Positions 16,769 through 19,827 of a DNA stretch of 19,827 nt are shown in pieces. Position 1 is the first letter of the stretch. Every line of letters begins with the position of its first letter. The notes beneath the pieces were generated by a model. It saw only the letters and a list, made by a program, of their open reading frames with translations. It had not been told where the DNA came from and did no database searches. Source of the stretch: Myxococcota bacterium (GTDB lineage: Bacteria > Myxococcota > XYA12-FULL-58-9 > JALHOP01); the NCBI GenBank assembly GCA_041288095.1, contig JBGGMJ010000070.1:1-19827 (forward strand), read 5' to 3'. The position numbers were made by a program, and so were the translations under genes.

Positions 16769-17263
16769 ATGGCCGACAACGTCGCAGCAAACACGCCGCT
16801 TTCTCAAATTCAGGCTTACGCTCAGACGTTCAGAGGGTCGGTCGAGCGTCACGCCAACTTGGCGCCCAGCGAGATGCGCGGGCTGACCGAGGCCATCGCT
16901 TCACGGCTCGAGCCCATGAGCCAGGCCGACCGCCAGCAGTTCCTGCGCGACATCCAGAGCAACACCGACATTCCGCAGATGCTCGACGTCCTCCGCCGCC
17001 AGGCCGCGAACGGACGAGCGAACACCGCCACCCGCGCCGGCGAGCAACTCGACAGTTACCTCCAGTGGGCCCACCGAGAAGCCGGCATCGAGCCTCCGAG
17101 CGGACGCGGCACGCGGTCGGAGCCGCCGCGCGCCGGTAACGACGCGCTCGTGCGCGAGTCACATCAAGCCGTCCGCGAGATTAACGCGGCCTACCAACCG
17201 GGTGGTCGCTGGTCGATCGAGACCGCATTGCAGCTGCCCGGCATGGTCCGCCCGAAGCCCTGA
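16769..17263 (+). CDS. Hypothetical protein (164 aa, likely helical)
   Basis: GAGG RBS before ATG 16769; GC3-biased codons; fills the gap before gltS. No family recognised. Confidence 0.65.
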   Translation: MADNVAANTPLSQIQAYAQTFRGSVERHANLAPSEMRGLTEAIASRLEPMSQADRQQFLRDIQSNTDIPQMLDVLRRQAANGRANTATRAGEQLDSYLQWAHREAGIEPPSGRGTRSEPPRAGNDALVRESHQAVREINAAYQPGGRWSIETALQLPGMVRPKP

Positions 17264-17317
17264 GCGAACGAAAAGCTTTTGGACCGTCGCGGTGCCGATC
17301 TATAGGTCGACCACCGC

Positions 17318-18565
17318 ATGGAAACTCCGCTCATCGAGCTGTCCGCCGTTCAGGTGCTGGCGGTCGCGTGCTTCGGCGTTCTCTTGGGAACGTTCATCAA
17401 GCACCGCGCGCCGATCTTCGATCGCTTGAACATCCCGGCGCCCATCGTCGGTGGCCTCGTCTTCGCGGTGGCCATCCTGCTGATGCGCGACCGCGTCCTC
17501 AACGTGAAGCTCGACAACTCGCTGCAAGACATCTTGATGGTGGCCTTCTTCACCACCGTGGGCATGGGGGCGAGCCTGTCCTTGCTCAAGCGCGGCGGTG
17601 TCCAGGTCGCCATCTTCTTCGGCATCGCGTCCGCTGGAGCGTTGCTGCAGGACCTGCTCGGTATCGGCCTCGCAAAGCTCCTCGGAGTATCGCCGCTGCT
17701 CGGAATCGTCGCCGGCTCGGTCGCGCTCACCGGTGGCCCCGCGACCGCTTTGGCGTTCGGCAAAACATTCGAGGAAATGGGCGTCGCGGGCGCAAGCGCC
17801 ATCGGCGTCGCGGCGGCCATGTTCGGAATCTCGGCGGGCGGCCTGCTCGGCGGCTTCCTCGGTGGCCGGCTCATCGAGGGCCGGAAGCTCGAGCGCGGCA
17901 GAGGCACCTCGCCCAATCCCGTAACCGCTGAGGCGGAAGCCGTCGCCTATCAGGGCCAACCCGCCAGCATGGAGGCCCCTGTGCCCATGCATGACGAGAG
18001 TGAAGCCGAAGAAAACGCCTTGCTGCGCACCGTGCTCGCGGTCGGCGTCGCCATGGGTCTCGGCACTCTCGTAAGCAAGGGCATCGCCCAAGCCGGCATC
18101 ACCGTGCCCATGTACATCGGCGCGATGATCGTCGCCGCCGTCATCCGCAATCTCGACGAGCGATTCGGCTGGCTGAAGATTCAACAGCACCGCATGGACG
18201 CGGTCGGCAACGTTGCATTGCAGATCTTCATCGTCATGGCGCTGATGACCTTGAAGCTATGGACGCTCATCGATCTCGCCGGGCCGTTCCTCGTCATGCT
18301 GCTCTGTCAGATCATCTTGGTGGCGCTGATGGTCGTCGGCGTGTTCGTGCTGATGGGGCGGGACTACGAGGCGGCGGTCATGGCGGGCGGCTTCACCGGC
18401 TTCATGCTCGGCACCACCGCCAACGCCATGGCGTGCATGGACGTGCTCGTGAAGAAGTATGGCCCGGCGCCACGTGCCTTCATCGTGGTGCCGATCGTCG
18501 GGGCCTTTCTCATCGACCCCGTGAACGCCCTCTTCATCACGACGCTGGCCAATATCTTCAAGTAG
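17318..18565 (+). CDS. gltS: Sodium/glutamate symporter GltS
   Basis: NIPAPIVGGL, LQDILMVAFFTTVGMGAS, GSVALTGGPATA, AAAMFG...GGLLGG, MALMTLKLW, MGRDYEAAVMAGG, GTTANAMA, AFIVVPIVGAFLID; polytopic membrane protein. Confidence 0.95.
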   Translation: METPLIELSAVQVLAVACFGVLLGTFIKHRAPIFDRLNIPAPIVGGLVFAVAILLMRDRVLNVKLDNSLQDILMVAFFTTVGMGASLSLLKRGGVQVAIFFGIASAGALLQDLLGIGLAKLLGVSPLLGIVAGSVALTGGPATALAFGKTFEEMGVAGASAIGVAAAMFGISAGGLLGGFLGGRLIEGRKLERGRGTSPNPVTAEAEAVAYQGQPASMEAPVPMHDESEAEENALLRTVLAVGVAMGLGTLVSKGIAQAGITVPMYIGAMIVAAVIRNLDERFGWLKIQQHRMDAVGNVALQIFIVMALMTLKLWTLIDLAGPFLVMLLCQIILVALMVVGVFVLMGRDYEAAVMAGGFTGFMLGTTANAMACMDVLVKKYGPAPRAFIVVPIVGAFLIDPVNALFITTLANIFK

Positions 18566-19238
18566 ACAGCGGCGGTGTGGCCCGGAAGCGCTGATAGCTC
18601 TCGATTAGATCCGCCGGCCCCTCGAAGATGCCGTCGCTGCCGGCGCGCTTGAGGTCGGCCTCGGGGAAGCCGCCGCACAAGACGCTGATGCAAGCGACTC
18701 CCGCCGCGTGCGCAGCCTCGACGTCCCACGGGGTGTCGCCGACCATGCGCACCTTTGCGGGCGCGGGCTTACCGAGCCGCTCGAGCGCCACCCGCACGAC
18801 CTCGGGATCGGGCTTGGTCTTCTCGACGTCGGCGGCCGCCGTCTTGGCGTCGATGAGGTCACCGATGCGCGCCACCTCGATGTAGTGCTTGAGCTCGTGC
18901 GGCTTCGCCGATGACGCGAGCGCGACCTTCACATCGTCGCCGACGAGACGCTCGAAGAGCTCCCGCGTGCGCGGGAAGGCGCGCACCTGCGGCATGTAGT
19001 TGCGCTTGAAGATCTCGCCGCGGAACTTCTCCAGCTTGTCGCCAATGGCGGACAGCTCCCTGGGGCTCAGAAAATGTGGAACGAGCTGGTCGCCGCCTTT
19101 GCCGATCTGCGCGCGCACGGCGTCGAAAGCGACATGTTTGCCGAAATGATCGAAGGCCTCCTGCCAGGCGCGGGCGTGCAGGTCGACCGAGTCCACCAAG
19201 GTCCCATCAACGTCGAAAATGACCGAGGAAAAACTCAC
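18558..19238 (-). CDS. HAD-superfamily hydrolase (subfamily IA, phosphoglycolate-phosphatase-like)
   Basis: GTG 19238 overlaps the EVE stop (GTGA); motif I FDVDGTLVDS, II LASSA, III KPDP, IV VGDTPWD. 3' end overlaps gltS by 8 nt. Confidence 0.93.
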   Translation of the reverse strand: MSFSSVIFDVDGTLVDSVDLHARAWQEAFDHFGKHVAFDAVRAQIGKGGDQLVPHFLSPRELSAIGDKLEKFRGEIFKRNYMPQVRAFPRTRELFERLVGDDVKVALASSAKPHELKHYIEVARIGDLIDAKTAAADVEKTKPDPEVVRVALERLGKPAPAKVRMVGDTPWDVEAAHAAGVACISVLCGGFPEADLKRAGSDGIFEGPADLIESYQRFRATPPLST

Positions 19239-19702
19239 TTCAGACCTCCCATCGACAAAATGTGGCGCCACTGCTCGGGCGTCACCGGCTGAACGGACAA
19301 TCGAGCGCCCTTCTTCACCAGCATCATGCCGGCGAGCGCCTTTGTTGCTTTGATGTCTTCCAAAGTAACCACCTGCTTGAACGGCCGGTCGGCCTGGATA
19401 TCGACGCCGTACCAACGCGGTTCGTCGCGCTTGGCGGCAGCGTCATAGTAGTGCGCTTTCGCATCGAACTGGGTGGCGTCGGGATAACCTTCGCGTACCA
19501 CCCTGGCGGTGCCGATGATCGCCTTCGGCTCGGCGTTCGAATGGTAATACAGCACGCCGTCGCCCTTCTTGATCTGATCACGGAGGAAGTTGCGCGCCTG
19601 GTAGTTGCGAACACCTTCCCAGAAGGTGGTCTTGTTCTTCGCCTGCAACAGGTCGTCGTAGGAAAAGACGTCCGGCTCGGACTTGAACAACCAGTAAGCC
19701 AT
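19235..19702 (-). CDS. EVE domain protein (THYN1-like class)
   Basis: YWLFKSEP, WEGVRNYQARNFLRD, GDGVLYYHSN, YPDATQFD...YYD, PRWYGVD, RLSVQPV. Confidence 0.96.
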   Translation of the reverse strand: MAYWLFKSEPDVFSYDDLLQAKNKTTFWEGVRNYQARNFLRDQIKKGDGVLYYHSNAEPKAIIGTARVVREGYPDATQFDAKAHYYDAAAKRDEPRWYGVDIQADRPFKQVVTLEDIKATKALAGMMLVKKGARLSVQPVTPEQWRHILSMGGLK

Positions 19703-19721
19703 GCCGCTGAATCGCGTAGCC

Positions 19722-19827
19722 TCAGGCGGCGTTCAAGGGGTGTCCGACGTATGGCGCGATGATTGCGCGTGCTTTGTCGATGGCGGTGAGGTCGTAAGGA
19801 ACCTCGACCCCAGCCCCGCGCAGGGTG
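19722..19827 (-). CDS. 3' end of an upstream gene, possibly HMG-CoA lyase / DRE-TIM metallolyase-like
   Basis: Open frame from the right edge TLRGAGVEVPYDLTAIDKARAIIAPYVGHPLNAA* (stop 19722-19724); resembles the L.G.G+.TG+DL..L..A...I...LG.PL tail of HMG-CoA lyases. Only 34 codons are visible. Confidence 0.45.
   Translation of the reverse strand, partial: TLRGAGVEVPYDLTAIDKARAIIAPYVGHPLNAA

Overview
High-GC bacterial chromosomal DNA, gene-dense and mostly housekeeping or signalling. Myxococcota/deltaproteobacterial origin is inferred from the tandem-PilZ protein, the REC-PAS kinase with a sigma54 activator, and the tsaD-rsmA linkage. Gene order: DUF1460 amidase-like gene (minus, runs off the left edge, absent from the ORF track); lipoprotein-tsaD-rsmA (+); orphan ORF (+); rng and an S41 peptidase (-); SDR oxidoreductase with a sigma54 promoter (+); Pro/Ala-rich orphan (-); YncD/PqqU-like TonB-dependent receptor (-); hybrid histidine kinase and NtrC-family regulator with a sigma54 promoter (-); rnj, tandem PilZ and a conserved lipoprotein (+, overlapping start/stop codons); orphan (+); gltS (+); EVE and HAD (-); and the 3' end of a possible HMG-CoA lyase-like gene (-). 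I found no mobile element, CRISPR array, tRNA/rRNA or defence island, and I cannot demonstrate a novel system from sequence alone. The best leads are the rnj-PilZ-lipoprotein unit, a possible local sigma54 circuit around a Cys-motif PAS kinase, the PqqU-like receptor, several dyad elements and three orphan ORFs. All family assignments come from motif recognition, not database searches.
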